Assembly: GCA_964548765.1 (NCBI GenBank)
Contig: CAZJSU010000003.1
Span: 31,965-95,964, forward strand
Source of the DNA: an uncultured Anaerolineaceae bacterium
GTDB taxonomy: Bacteria > Chloroflexota > Anaerolineae > Aggregatilineales > Phototrophicaceae
Length of the DNA stretch: 64,000 nucleotides
Direction of reading: 5' to 3'
Both the position numbers and the translations under genes were made by a program. Positions within the stretch are counted from its first letter, which is position 1. The number at the start of each line of letters is the position of its first letter. The notes under the pieces are model-generated. The model searched no databases. It was given only the letters and a program-made list of their open reading frames with translations, and was not told the DNA's origin. This document shows positions 46,239 through 55,347 of the stretch, piece by piece.

Positions 46239-47549
46239 TCACGCCCCGCCTGTCTCGATTGTCGCTTCGGGGGTGCTTTCCGCTTCCTGTGTGCTTTCGA
46301 TCAGCGGATCAATGAACAACTGGCAGCTTCGCATCTGGTCAACGTAACTGTCCACGATGATCTGGTCGCTGCTGTCCTTCGCCAGTTCCCACCCGGCGCG
46401 CAGATACTCCACCGCCGCCGGGCAACCGTTCTCCACCACCTGCGAACGCCCCGCCCACCAGTAGTGATAAGGGTCGGTCGTCCCCAGTTCAATCACCCGT
46501 TTGAAGGTATCTGCCGCCAGCGCGTACTGCTGCAGGCGATCCTGCGAACGCCCCAGCAGATACAGACAGCGGATGTTCTCCGGCGTGACCTCAACGCAGC
46601 GCGTCAGATAATCGGCGGCCTGCGAGGGGTCGCCAATCGCGTTCAGATACACCGTCCCCATCCAGCGCAGCGCGGTGCTGTTACGCGGGTTTAGCTCCAG
46701 CAGTTCGCTTAAAACGCCAATGGCCGCGTCAGTATTGCCCTCGCGGATGTTCAGCACCGCCAGTTCGACGGCCAGATAGGGCAGGTTCGGCGCGAGGTCA
46801 TACGCCTGGCTGGAATGTTCCTTGGCGGTTTCAAAGTCGAACAGGTAATACTGCGCGATGCGCGAGCGCACATGCAGCGCTTCAAAGCTTTCCGGGTCGG
46901 TTTGCAGCGCGCGGTCAACGGTGGAAAGCGCCCGCTCGTACTGCTCAATGCCCAGATACGCTTCGGCCAGAAAAGCCTGCGCCCGCGCCCGCGTTTTGGC
47001 GAATTCTTCCCCCTCGCCAACCAGTTCCAGCGCGTGCAAGGCGCTTGCGATGGCCTCTTGCGGGCGGTCAAGCTGGTTCAGCGTCATCGCCCGTATCGCC
47101 CAGCCATCCGCCGAGTATGGGTCGGCGGTAATGGTGCGCTCGGCGGCTTGCAGTGCCTCCTCAAGCTGGCCGTTCATCACCAGCCCCAGCGTCCAGTAGT
47201 AATGCGTCCCCACATCATTCGGCAGCGCCGGCACGATTTCCCCATACAGATCAACCGCCTCGGCGATCGCGCCCCGCCCCCACGCCGCCGAAGCCGACGC
47301 GAGGCGAATCTGCGGGTTCTCGGTGGGCATCGGCGTGGGAGCCATCGCTGTCGCCACGCTGTTCTGCGCGTTGTCAATCAACCCGCTAATGGCTTCCTGC
47401 ACCTGTGGGCTGAGGTTGGCGCGGTTGTTGTAAAGCTGGATGCCCACGAAAACCACCACCGGGGTCAGCAGCCACAACCACAACCAGCGCATCGAAATAA
47501 TGCTGCGGCGCTGGCCGCGCGTGTAACGTTTCGGTGTTTTTAAGTACAT
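46239..47549 (-). CDS. TPR-repeat protein with an N-terminal TM anchor.
   Basis: Multiple 34-aa TPR units (AIxxYxxAL/P.. pattern). Confidence 0.75.
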   Translation of the reverse strand: MYLKTPKRYTRGQRRSIISMRWLWLWLLTPVVVFVGIQLYNNRANLSPQVQEAISGLIDNAQNSVATAMAPTPMPTENPQIRLASASAAWGRGAIAEAVDLYGEIVPALPNDVGTHYYWTLGLVMNGQLEEALQAAERTITADPYSADGWAIRAMTLNQLDRPQEAIASALHALELVGEGEEFAKTRARAQAFLAEAYLGIEQYERALSTVDRALQTDPESFEALHVRSRIAQYYLFDFETAKEHSSQAYDLAPNLPYLAVELAVLNIREGNTDAAIGVLSELLELNPRNSTALRWMGTVYLNAIGDPSQAADYLTRCVEVTPENIRCLYLLGRSQDRLQQYALAADTFKRVIELGTTDPYHYWWAGRSQVVENGCPAAVEYLRAGWELAKDSSDQIIVDSYVDQMRSCQLFIDPLIESTQEAESTPEATIETGGA

Positions 47550-47558
47550 CGTGTGCCT

Positions 47559-48842
47559 CTAAAACCCGATCGGCGTTGGCGGAATCGGCGTGGGTGGAAT
47601 CTCGGTCGGCAGCGCGCGCCCGGCATAACCGGCGCAGGATACCGTCGTCAGGCGCAGCCCCTCGCGGATCGAGCCGACCACGTTCTCGCCATCCGGCAGC
47701 GCCTCAGCCATCGGCAGCGACTGGGTAAGCACGTTCCACGCCTGCTCACACTGCCCCAGGTAGTAATGCGCCAGCCCACGCAGGTAATAGCACTCCACGT
47801 TGGCCGAGGGCGCTGCATCTTCTGGAACATTGTTCACGCAGGTGTTAAAGGCTTCGATCGCGCCTTCATAATTACGGCGTGTATAACGTGCCATGCCCAC
47901 CCGCTTCCACGCGGCGGCGTAATTCGGGTCAATATCCAGCGCGTCCTCACAGTAGCCCTGCGCCCTGTCCTGCTGGCCGACCTTCGAGTACGCCTCGCAC
48001 AGCCGCAGGTAGGCTTTGGCGTTACGCGGCTCTAACGACAGGATGCGCTCATAAGTGGCGATCGCCAGCACGTCCTGATTGGTCGCCAGATACTGCCCGG
48101 CCAGTTCAAAATATGGCGCTGTCCAGTTCGGATTCAGCGCGATCACTTCCTCAAGCTGCTCAATCGCGCGTGTGGTTTCGCCCACGTACATCAGCGTAAA
48201 GGCGTAGCTGCGGCGCGCGTCGGCATCCATCGGGTTCAGCTCAACCGCCTGCGCGCCATATTCCAGCCCCTGCTGGTAACGCCCGATGTTGCTATACGCC
48301 CGCGCCAGCACCGAGAGCAGCGGCGCGAAGTTCGGGTCTACCTCTCGCCCGGCCACGCCCACCGGAATCGCCTCGGCGTAAAAGCCTTCCCAGACCAGCG
48401 CTTTCGCCTTCAGCGCATAACCGCGCGGGTCGCTGGGGGCGATGTCAATAAGATAGTCGGCAATCGCCTTATCCAGCAGTCCCGGTTCGAGCAGTTCGTC
48501 TCCACGACCCAGTTCGATCAGCAGCTTGCCGTATTCATAAAGGTAGTCCACGTTTTCCGGCTGCTGCGACACCGCCTGCCCGAACAGCGACGCGGCCAGC
48601 TCAACATCGCCTTCCATAAATGCCTGCGCGCCCTGTGTCGCCAGCGTGCTGGCAAAGGGGGTGGCTGTCGGCGCGAGGCCGATCACATCCAGCGCGGCCA
48701 GTTGCAGGCGGTCGAACTGCCACGTCGTAAACATGAGAATCGCGCCGATAAACAGGCCGTAAAGGAACAGAAAGCGCCCGCTGGTGCGTCTGCGGCGGCG
48801 GGTGCTGAAGAACGGCTGCGAATAATCGCGCTTGATTTGCAT
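47559..48842 (-). CDS. TPR-repeat protein with an N-terminal TM anchor, tandem paralog of the downstream gene.
   Basis: Same architecture, separated by a 9-bp gap. Confidence 0.75.
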   Translation of the reverse strand: MQIKRDYSQPFFSTRRRRRTSGRFLFLYGLFIGAILMFTTWQFDRLQLAALDVIGLAPTATPFASTLATQGAQAFMEGDVELAASLFGQAVSQQPENVDYLYEYGKLLIELGRGDELLEPGLLDKAIADYLIDIAPSDPRGYALKAKALVWEGFYAEAIPVGVAGREVDPNFAPLLSVLARAYSNIGRYQQGLEYGAQAVELNPMDADARRSYAFTLMYVGETTRAIEQLEEVIALNPNWTAPYFELAGQYLATNQDVLAIATYERILSLEPRNAKAYLRLCEAYSKVGQQDRAQGYCEDALDIDPNYAAAWKRVGMARYTRRNYEGAIEAFNTCVNNVPEDAAPSANVECYYLRGLAHYYLGQCEQAWNVLTQSLPMAEALPDGENVVGSIREGLRLTTVSCAGYAGRALPTEIPPTPIPPTPIGF

Positions 48843-48993
48843 TCCTGTAAACCTCTTGTTTCTGCGTAAAAAGGGTAGCTTAGCGCTGGTTTGCTGTCAA
48901 GAGAGGGTGAAACGTCTGTATATCCCGTCGTTTCGTGTAGGGGCGCAGCGGTGCTGCGCCCTCATTTCGCCACAGGCTGCCTAAACTGTCTGC

Positions 48994-51447
48994 TCACGGC
49001 GCGAACAGCGTCCACAGGCTGTTAACCAGCTTGCGGTCGCGCATCGCCCAGCTAAACAGCACCATTGTCAGGCAGAACAGGCTGACGATCAGCAAAATCG
49101 TCCATTCTTCCGCGCGGGTGGGGATGAACACGGGCGGCGGCGGTACGAACTCGAACAGTTCTGGCAGCACATAAAAGCCGAGCAGCGTCATCAGCATCAG
49201 GAACAGCCCCATCACGAAGATAACGCGCTGCTCCACAAAGGTGCGCGGCTTGAAAATATCAATGCCGGAGACGTTCCAGAACACCAGAATGCCGAACAGC
49301 GTCACGAAGATGGAAAGCGCGCTGCGGGCAGCGTCGGTACTCTGGCCGCTGGCGAAATAAACCACCGCGTACAGCAGCGCGATCATGATCGAGCCAATGA
49401 CCGCCCCGGTAATGACGTAATCCAGCACGTCACGCCGGAACTGAACCATACGCGCCGGACGCAGGATTTTAAAGGCGATCAGCGTGGCGGCGATATTCAC
49501 CGTGCCAAAGGTGATCCAGTTGATCTGGATCGGCGTGATGGGGAACGGCAGCGACATAAAGCCGACAAACGTAAACAGCATCACGTTATAAAACGCCTTT
49601 ATCAGAAACAGCTTGATCGTGCCGAAGATCGTCTGCGTGATCTCGCGCCCTTCGGCAAAGGCCAGCGGCAGCGTGGACATGGCGTTATCCAGCAGCAGAA
49701 TATCGCCGATCTCTTTGGTGATGGCCGCGCCGTCGTTCATGACAATCGCCAGATTGGCCTCCTTCAGCGCTGGCACGTCGTTCACGCCGTCGCCCACCAT
49801 CGCTACATATTCGCCCGCGCCGCGCAGCACCCGCACGATGTCGCGCTTGGTGTCCGGCTCGATGCGCGCGAAAACGGTGCCTTCCAGCGCCGCCGCCGCG
49901 AATTCGGCCTCGCTCATCGCCTTCAGTTCATCGCCTGTAAACGCTTTTTCGACAGGCATCCCGGCCTCGCCCGCGATAGAGCGCACGGTTTGCAGGTTAT
50001 CGCCAGAGATCACCTTCAGGCCGACCTCCTGTTCACGGAAGGCTTGCAGCGTGTCCTGAATATCGGCGCGTATCTGGTCGCTGAGGACGATCAGCGCCAG
50101 CGGCTCAACATCGCCGTTCAGTTGGCCGTCCTCTGGCGGCTGGCTGGCGTGGGCAAAGGTGATGACGCGCAGCCCATGTTCGGCCAGCGCCTCGGCTTCC
50201 GCCCGTGTCGCATCATCCGCAGACGACAGCACACGCTCTGGCGCGCCCAGAATATACGTGTCGTCGGCCATCACCAGCGCGCCCCACTTGCGGGCAGAAC
50301 TGAACGGGATTTCGCCCACTTTGGCCGTGTTGGCCGCCAGCGGCACGTCCTCGACATCGCGCGCGATAGCGGCGGCGGTGCCGTTCAGGTGCGAGATGCC
50401 CGCCGTGTACAGCCGCAGCAGCCGCCTGATCTCGTCTGGCGGGGTGCTGTTCAGCGGCCTGATGTCGGTCACGGCCAGCTTGTTCTGCGTAATCGTGCCG
50501 GTCTTGTCGAAGCATAGCACGGTGACATTCGCCAGCGACTCGACCGCGTTCACACGGCGGATCAGCGTCCGGTGGCGTGTAATGCTGATCGCCCCCAGGC
50601 TGAGCGAGATAATGACGACCAGCACCAGCCCGTAAGGCACGATGCTGGTGATGAAGACCACCTCGTTTTTGATTTTTTCCAGCAGCGGCAGCCCGCTCAG
50701 CGTGTCGGCCATAAACAGCATCGGCGCGAAAACCACCATCAGCAGGATGGACACGCGAACAATGCTGTCAATGCGCCGCTGCGTGGGGGTGAGGTTGGTG
50801 GTGTAGGCTTTGGCGGTGGCCGAGAGGCGGTTGATGGTGCTTTCGCGCCCCACCTGCGTGGCGACCATCACGCCCGTCCCGGCGATGCAGTACGAGCCGG
50901 AATGCACTTCCTGCCCGGCTTCCTTCAGCACCGAGTCCGACTCGCCCGTCAGGTGCGACTCGTCCATCTCCAGCGCTTCGCTTTCCAGCAGGCGGCCATC
51001 CACCACCAGACGGTCGCCCGGCTCGATGGGGATCACATCATCCTTGACCACCGCCTCGATGGGAACACCCACCAGTTGCCCATCGCGCCAGACCAGAATA
51101 TCGCTCTGTTCCAGCGCGGCCAGCCGTTCCAGCCTGCGCTTGGCAATGATCTCCTGCACCGTCCCCAGCAGCGCGTTGGTCACGACGCTGAAGCCAGAGA
51201 AGAACGCGACCGCGTACTGCTGGAAGGCGATAATCACCCCCAGCAGCGGAAACAGCACGATATTAAACACGTTGAGGATGTTATCGCGGACAATATCCCA
51301 GTACGTGCGCCCGACGTTGGCTTTGTAGGCGTTGCTCTCGCCACGCGCCACCCGCGCCGCGACTTCAGCGGCGGTCAGGCCGGTATGAAATGTGCGTTTG
51401 CTGGTCGCTGGCTGTGTCTGGCGTTCCTGTGTCTGCAAAGTCTGCAT
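48994..51447 (-). CDS. Cation-transporting P-type ATPase (P2/P3-like).
   Basis: TGES motif, phosphorylation site CFDKTGTIT, hinge GDGVNDVPAL, and ~10 TM segments. Confidence 0.9.
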   Translation of the reverse strand: MQTLQTQERQTQPATSKRTFHTGLTAAEVAARVARGESNAYKANVGRTYWDIVRDNILNVFNIVLFPLLGVIIAFQQYAVAFFSGFSVVTNALLGTVQEIIAKRRLERLAALEQSDILVWRDGQLVGVPIEAVVKDDVIPIEPGDRLVVDGRLLESEALEMDESHLTGESDSVLKEAGQEVHSGSYCIAGTGVMVATQVGRESTINRLSATAKAYTTNLTPTQRRIDSIVRVSILLMVVFAPMLFMADTLSGLPLLEKIKNEVVFITSIVPYGLVLVVIISLSLGAISITRHRTLIRRVNAVESLANVTVLCFDKTGTITQNKLAVTDIRPLNSTPPDEIRRLLRLYTAGISHLNGTAAAIARDVEDVPLAANTAKVGEIPFSSARKWGALVMADDTYILGAPERVLSSADDATRAEAEALAEHGLRVITFAHASQPPEDGQLNGDVEPLALIVLSDQIRADIQDTLQAFREQEVGLKVISGDNLQTVRSIAGEAGMPVEKAFTGDELKAMSEAEFAAAALEGTVFARIEPDTKRDIVRVLRGAGEYVAMVGDGVNDVPALKEANLAIVMNDGAAITKEIGDILLLDNAMSTLPLAFAEGREITQTIFGTIKLFLIKAFYNVMLFTFVGFMSLPFPITPIQINWITFGTVNIAATLIAFKILRPARMVQFRRDVLDYVITGAVIGSIMIALLYAVVYFASGQSTDAARSALSIFVTLFGILVFWNVSGIDIFKPRTFVEQRVIFVMGLFLMLMTLLGFYVLPELFEFVPPPPVFIPTRAEEWTILLIVSLFCLTMVLFSWAMRDRKLVNSLWTLFAP

Positions 51448-51686
51448 CCTGTAAGTCTATAGCGCAGGCTTGTACACCGTCTGCGCCGGGAATATTCTAA
51501 ACGGTGCTGTTGGCTAACGCATAAAACGATCATACCGTAGGGGCGAGGCGGTGCTTCGCCCCTACGAAAATGAATTCACCAACACCATTCTAACCAGTGT
51601 CTCTATGATAACGGAAATCACCGGAAAACAGCAGCAAGAATTGGTAGAATAGAACATTACTATTCAATATCGGAGAATGCCAACCC

Positions 51687-52190
51687 TTGAAAATCAACCG
51701 CTTGCTGCTGATCGTCGGGCTAATGACTGTTGTGGTGATCGCGCTGCTGCTGGCGACGGCGGTGTTCGCGCCACAAAACGACCCCGCCCACAACGCGGCC
51801 ATCACTTTTGTCAATGGCGCAGCCGGAGGCGACGACACCAGCGCCCTCAGCCATCTCATCACGCCAGAGCTACAGGCCTACGTCGCCGAGAACTGCCCCG
51901 ACGGGCAGGTGTCGCGCTGCATCGAAAGTTATACGCCGGATGATTGGGGCGCGTTGCAGACGGCAGTTTTCCGCCGGGCTGCGCCAGATGGCGCGCAGGC
52001 GCGGGATGTCGAACTGATCGCTACCTATGCCAGCGGCACAGGCGCAAGCGGCGTGTGCATCTATAACCGTGTCGAGCAGGGGACGGACGGCCAGTGGCGC
52101 GTGGCAGGTTGGGCGGGCTTCATCCACTGTGGCGACCCGGCCTCGCGCAACATGGCGACCAATCCCGACACGCCCAACCGCGCTCCATAA
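51687..52190 (+). CDS. Hypothetical membrane-anchored or secreted protein.
   Basis: N-terminal TM helix LLLIVGLMTVVVIALLLATAVFA. Its stop overlaps the next start (TAATG). Confidence 0.5.
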   Translation: MKINRLLLIVGLMTVVVIALLLATAVFAPQNDPAHNAAITFVNGAAGGDDTSALSHLITPELQAYVAENCPDGQVSRCIESYTPDDWGALQTAVFRRAAPDGAQARDVELIATYASGTGASGVCIYNRVEQGTDGQWRVAGWAGFIHCGDPASRNMATNPDTPNRAP

Positions 52191-52660
52191 TGAAATACAC
52201 AACGCAAAGACGCAAAGACGCAGAGACGCGAAGAAATAATTTTTTATTTTTTCTTTGTGAACTTTGCGTCCTTTGCGGTTTAATTTTTTCCGCGTGTGTC
52301 CCGGCGACGGTGCCGCCGCAGTTGGCCTATACGCCGGGGCCGCCTGTGGTCATCGCCGGGCAGGTTTATCACAGCCCCGCCTTCACCGTGCGCTATCCCC
52401 CCGGCTGGGAAGCCATCACCAGCCCGGCGACCAGCCCGCCCGCCGTGATCTTCCTTGCGCCAGAGGGGGACGCGCTGATTATGGTTGGGGTGGAAGTGGA
52501 AAACGTGCCGCCGCTGGAAGGCGCGGAAGTCACCGAAAAGCGCGAGGTCATGCTGCCAGATGTGAGGGTCACGGCGGTGCTGCAAACGCCCGCCGCCTCA
52601 CTCGATCACCTGCTGCCCATATTTGAAGCAGTGGTAAATTCCGTCAGGCAGGCACAATAA
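52190..52660 (+). CDS. Putative secreted lipoprotein. The signal-peptide region is encoded by a repeat-element hairpin.
   Basis: The n-region is KYTTQRRKDAETRRNN and the h-region ends in a lipobox-like FSAC. The DNA at 52205-52260 is the inverted repeat CGCAAAGACGCAAAG...CTTTGCGTCCTTTGCG, which is also seen at 31118-31150. Confidence 0.45.
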   Translation: MKYTTQRRKDAETRRNNFLFFLCELCVLCGLIFSACVPATVPPQLAYTPGPPVVIAGQVYHSPAFTVRYPPGWEAITSPATSPPAVIFLAPEGDALIMVGVEVENVPPLEGAEVTEKREVMLPDVRVTAVLQTPAASLDHLLPIFEAVVNSVRQAQ

Positions 52661-52665
52661 AATAC

Positions 52666-52830
52666 CCCTCTCCATTGCGTTGGGCTGCGAAGCGTCCCGG
52701 TGGGAGAGGGGTGGCATGGCCGCAGGCCAGGCGGAGTGAGGTTTCACAGGCGGGTTTCAAACCAGCCCCTACACATTGGCGGGCGCGATGTACCGCGTCC
52801 CTACACAAATTTTGTAGGGACAGCATACAT
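52666..52830. repeat. Repeat cluster: a CCCCTCTCC...GGAGAGGGG hairpin at 52666-52711, the second copy of the ~100-bp GGGTTTCAAACC element at 52716-52810, and GTAGGGACAGCATACATGCTGTCC.
   Basis: This cluster aligns to 5158-5272 and 998-1041. Confidence 0.7.
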
Positions 52831-52884
52831 GCTGTCCGTCGTCTGTTGGCAAAAACCCCGCCAGAAAGTTAGATGTCAACGCAC

Positions 52885-53589
52885 CTAGCAGCTTGTCGTC
52901 AGCCCGAAGGCGCGGATGACGTTGCTGATAATCGGCAGGCTGTCCCACAGGCACGCCTGATCCACGATCACCAGCCCGGCCACCGTCGCGCAGCAGCAGA
53001 ACAGCCCTAGCCCGATACAGCCGATCAACACCCAGCGCATGGTGCTGCGTGGTTCATCCTCACGCGCGGCGTAGGGGTCGTAGTCGTAACTGGGTGGCGT
53101 TTGTGGCAGGTCGCTGTATCCCGGCTGCTGCTCATAACCGCTGTACGAAGGCGCGGCGGGCTGCTGGCCGTAATACGGCTCCTGCGGCTGTGGCGATGAA
53201 GGCAGCGATTCTGCCTCTGCCGGGCGCGGCGCGTAAGGGCTGGCGGGGGCAGCGGGTGCCGCGCCGGGTTGTGCCGCCGCGCCTGCCATCTCATAGGCGA
53301 GCGTCACCGTCTCGCCCAGCCCGATCATGTCCCCATTGTTGAGTGGCTTCGCGCCAGTGAGTCGCTGTCCATTAATGAACGTGCCGTTGGTCGAACCCAG
53401 GTCCTCCAGCGTAAAGCCGCCCGCGCCGCGCGTGAAGCGCATGTGATGGCGGCTGACCTCTGGATCGTTAATTACAATATCGTTGGTAATGTCCCGACCA
53501 ACGCTGATAATGTCTTTGTTCAGTTCGTAAACCTGGTTGGGCTGTGGCCCCCGGCGGACGACCAGCCGAAAGCTGTCGTTCCCCTGCAT
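52885..53589 (-). CDS. FHA-domain protein with a Pro/Gln-rich linker and a C-terminal TM anchor.
   Basis: The N-terminal FHA domain reads SVGRDITNDIVINDPEVSRHHMRF....GSTNGTFINGQRL. Confidence 0.8.
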   Translation of the reverse strand: MQGNDSFRLVVRRGPQPNQVYELNKDIISVGRDITNDIVINDPEVSRHHMRFTRGAGGFTLEDLGSTNGTFINGQRLTGAKPLNNGDMIGLGETVTLAYEMAGAAAQPGAAPAAPASPYAPRPAEAESLPSSPQPQEPYYGQQPAAPSYSGYEQQPGYSDLPQTPPSYDYDPYAAREDEPRSTMRWVLIGCIGLGLFCCCATVAGLVIVDQACLWDSLPIISNVIRAFGLTTSC

Positions 53590-53738
53590 AGCGCGTCCTC
53601 CTCAAGCAGCGGATAAGACCCCGTTTATAATACCACGCGGAAGTATATTTTGATAATTTGCCGCTGTCAACTTGAAGCGTACACCGATCTTGCTGGCAGC
53701 ACAAGCGGGCGTTGCCACAGCGGTGGGCAAACGCCCTG

Positions 53739-54614
53739 TCAGCGTTTATCAAACCCAAGCTGGCGGCGCAGCGCTTCCGGCTGCAGGCCGTAATATTGCA
53801 ACAGCGCGATTCCCCCCAGATCGAGCGTCAGCGTCAGCAGCAGGTGTTCGGTGCCGCTGTAATGGTCGCCCACTTTCTCGGCTTCTTCCGACACCCGATT
53901 GAGAATCGGCTCGATGCTGATAAGCAGCAGCGGATCATTCTTCTTCAACCCGCGACGCAGGCGTTCCTCGTTTAGCCCGTTCGCCCGCAGCAGCACGGCG
54001 GTCGGGCTGCGCGTCTCCTGGCACAGCACCAGCAGCAGATGGCCGATGCCGACTGTCGGATGATCCAGCGTGAGCGCCATCTGTTCAGCGGCGTTAATCA
54101 CCCGGCGCGAAAGCTCGCTCAGGCGGGCGCTGCGCCGCGCCTGGTTCAGGTCAAACTCCTGCTCGCCCGCCTTCAGCACCTGCCGCACCCGCCGCCGAAG
54201 CTGCTCTGGCGTGGCGTTCAGCCGATGCAGCAGGTCGCTGGCATTCCCGGCGTTGGTGCGCGTGATGCCCAGCAGCAGATGCTCCGTACCAATATAATGA
54301 TGCCCCAGCCATGCCGACTCGTCCGCCGCCAGCGACAGCGCGTTCTCCAGCGATTCCGCCCGGCCAGCACCGCCTTCCGGCGCTTTCGCCTTGCCATACA
54401 GCGCCCGCAGGTGCGGCTCGGCCTCGCGGGCGTTCAGTGCCAGCCCGTGCAGCACCTTACTGCCGATGCTCCCCTCGGCCAGCATCACCCCCACCAATAG
54501 ATGCGCGGTGTCCATCACCGGGTGCCGGTAGCGCGCGACCAGCGTTCCCGCGTGGGCAAGGGCGCGGCGGGCATGGTGGCTGTAGCGGCTGTGACTGGTC
54601 ATAAGGGGGTTCAC
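53739..54614 (-). CDS. Clp N-terminal (ClpA/B N-domain) repeat protein.
   Basis: Four Clp_N-like repeats (e.g. RRALAHAGTLVARYRHPVMDTAHLLVGV; GDHYSGTEHLLLTL). Confidence 0.75.
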   Translation of the reverse strand: MNPLMTSHSRYSHHARRALAHAGTLVARYRHPVMDTAHLLVGVMLAEGSIGSKVLHGLALNAREAEPHLRALYGKAKAPEGGAGRAESLENALSLAADESAWLGHHYIGTEHLLLGITRTNAGNASDLLHRLNATPEQLRRRVRQVLKAGEQEFDLNQARRSARLSELSRRVINAAEQMALTLDHPTVGIGHLLLVLCQETRSPTAVLLRANGLNEERLRRGLKKNDPLLLISIEPILNRVSEEAEKVGDHYSGTEHLLLTLTLDLGGIALLQYYGLQPEALRRQLGFDKR

Positions 54615-54842
54615 AACGCATAAAAGCAGGGCTACTGGCTAATTATAGTCCGGTTTCTGATAAGGCCGCAAACGCTTGACAACAAAATTCAATCTGGCAT
54701 ATGCTGTTTGCGACGGTTACAGCCGTTTAAGAGCGTGGTTTGTACCAGCGTTGCGGCAAAAGCGCAATCACGGCATAATCATCCGCGTTTTTGCTTCGGC
54801 GCTTTCGGTAAGCGCTTCATTAGTAAGAAAAGTGAGAAAATC

Positions 54843-55271
54843 ATGGGAATTCCCGATCTGCAAATCCCCAGACGCATCTGGTTAGAGATGCTTGACCCGG
54901 CAGAACGTGATGCCTGCGATGTCATCATCGAGATGGAAAACGGGATGATGTACACCGCCGTGTTCGTGACGCTCGACTATCTGCGCCGCCAGATGGACCT
55001 CAGCTACGAAGTCAGCAAGCAGTTCCCCGATACCACCCCCGTGCGCTACGTCGCGCTGGATGCCCCGCATGTGCTGGTGGGCAATCTGGAACGCGACACC
55101 ATCGAAGACACCATTGATAACCTGCTGGCGTTGGAAGTTTTCGAGGGCTTCTTTACACAGGTGACAGAGGACGAAACCGAAAGCACCGTCGCTGTGGAAA
55201 AGGGCAAACGCGCCACCACCGAGGTCGCCGCTGTCTTTATATCCGATGTTCTCAGCGTGGAAAGCGACTGA
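54843..55271 (+). CDS. Hypothetical acidic protein.
   Basis: 142-aa ORF between divergent genes. Confidence 0.45.
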   Translation: MGIPDLQIPRRIWLEMLDPAERDACDVIIEMENGMMYTAVFVTLDYLRRQMDLSYEVSKQFPDTTPVRYVALDAPHVLVGNLERDTIEDTIDNLLALEVFEGFFTQVTEDETESTVAVEKGKRATTEVAAVFISDVLSVESD

Positions 55272-55347
55272 TATAATTAAATTATAATTATCAGTCGTCA
55301 GTTACCAGTCGCAAGACTGCGCTCAACCCACGTGGAGCAACCTTATA

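Noticed and set aside
55272-55347. T-box leader upstream of thrS.
   Set aside because: The 76-bp intergenic region is far too short for a T-box (specifier hairpin plus antiterminator need >200 nt), and no TGGNACCGCG-like T-box sequence is present.
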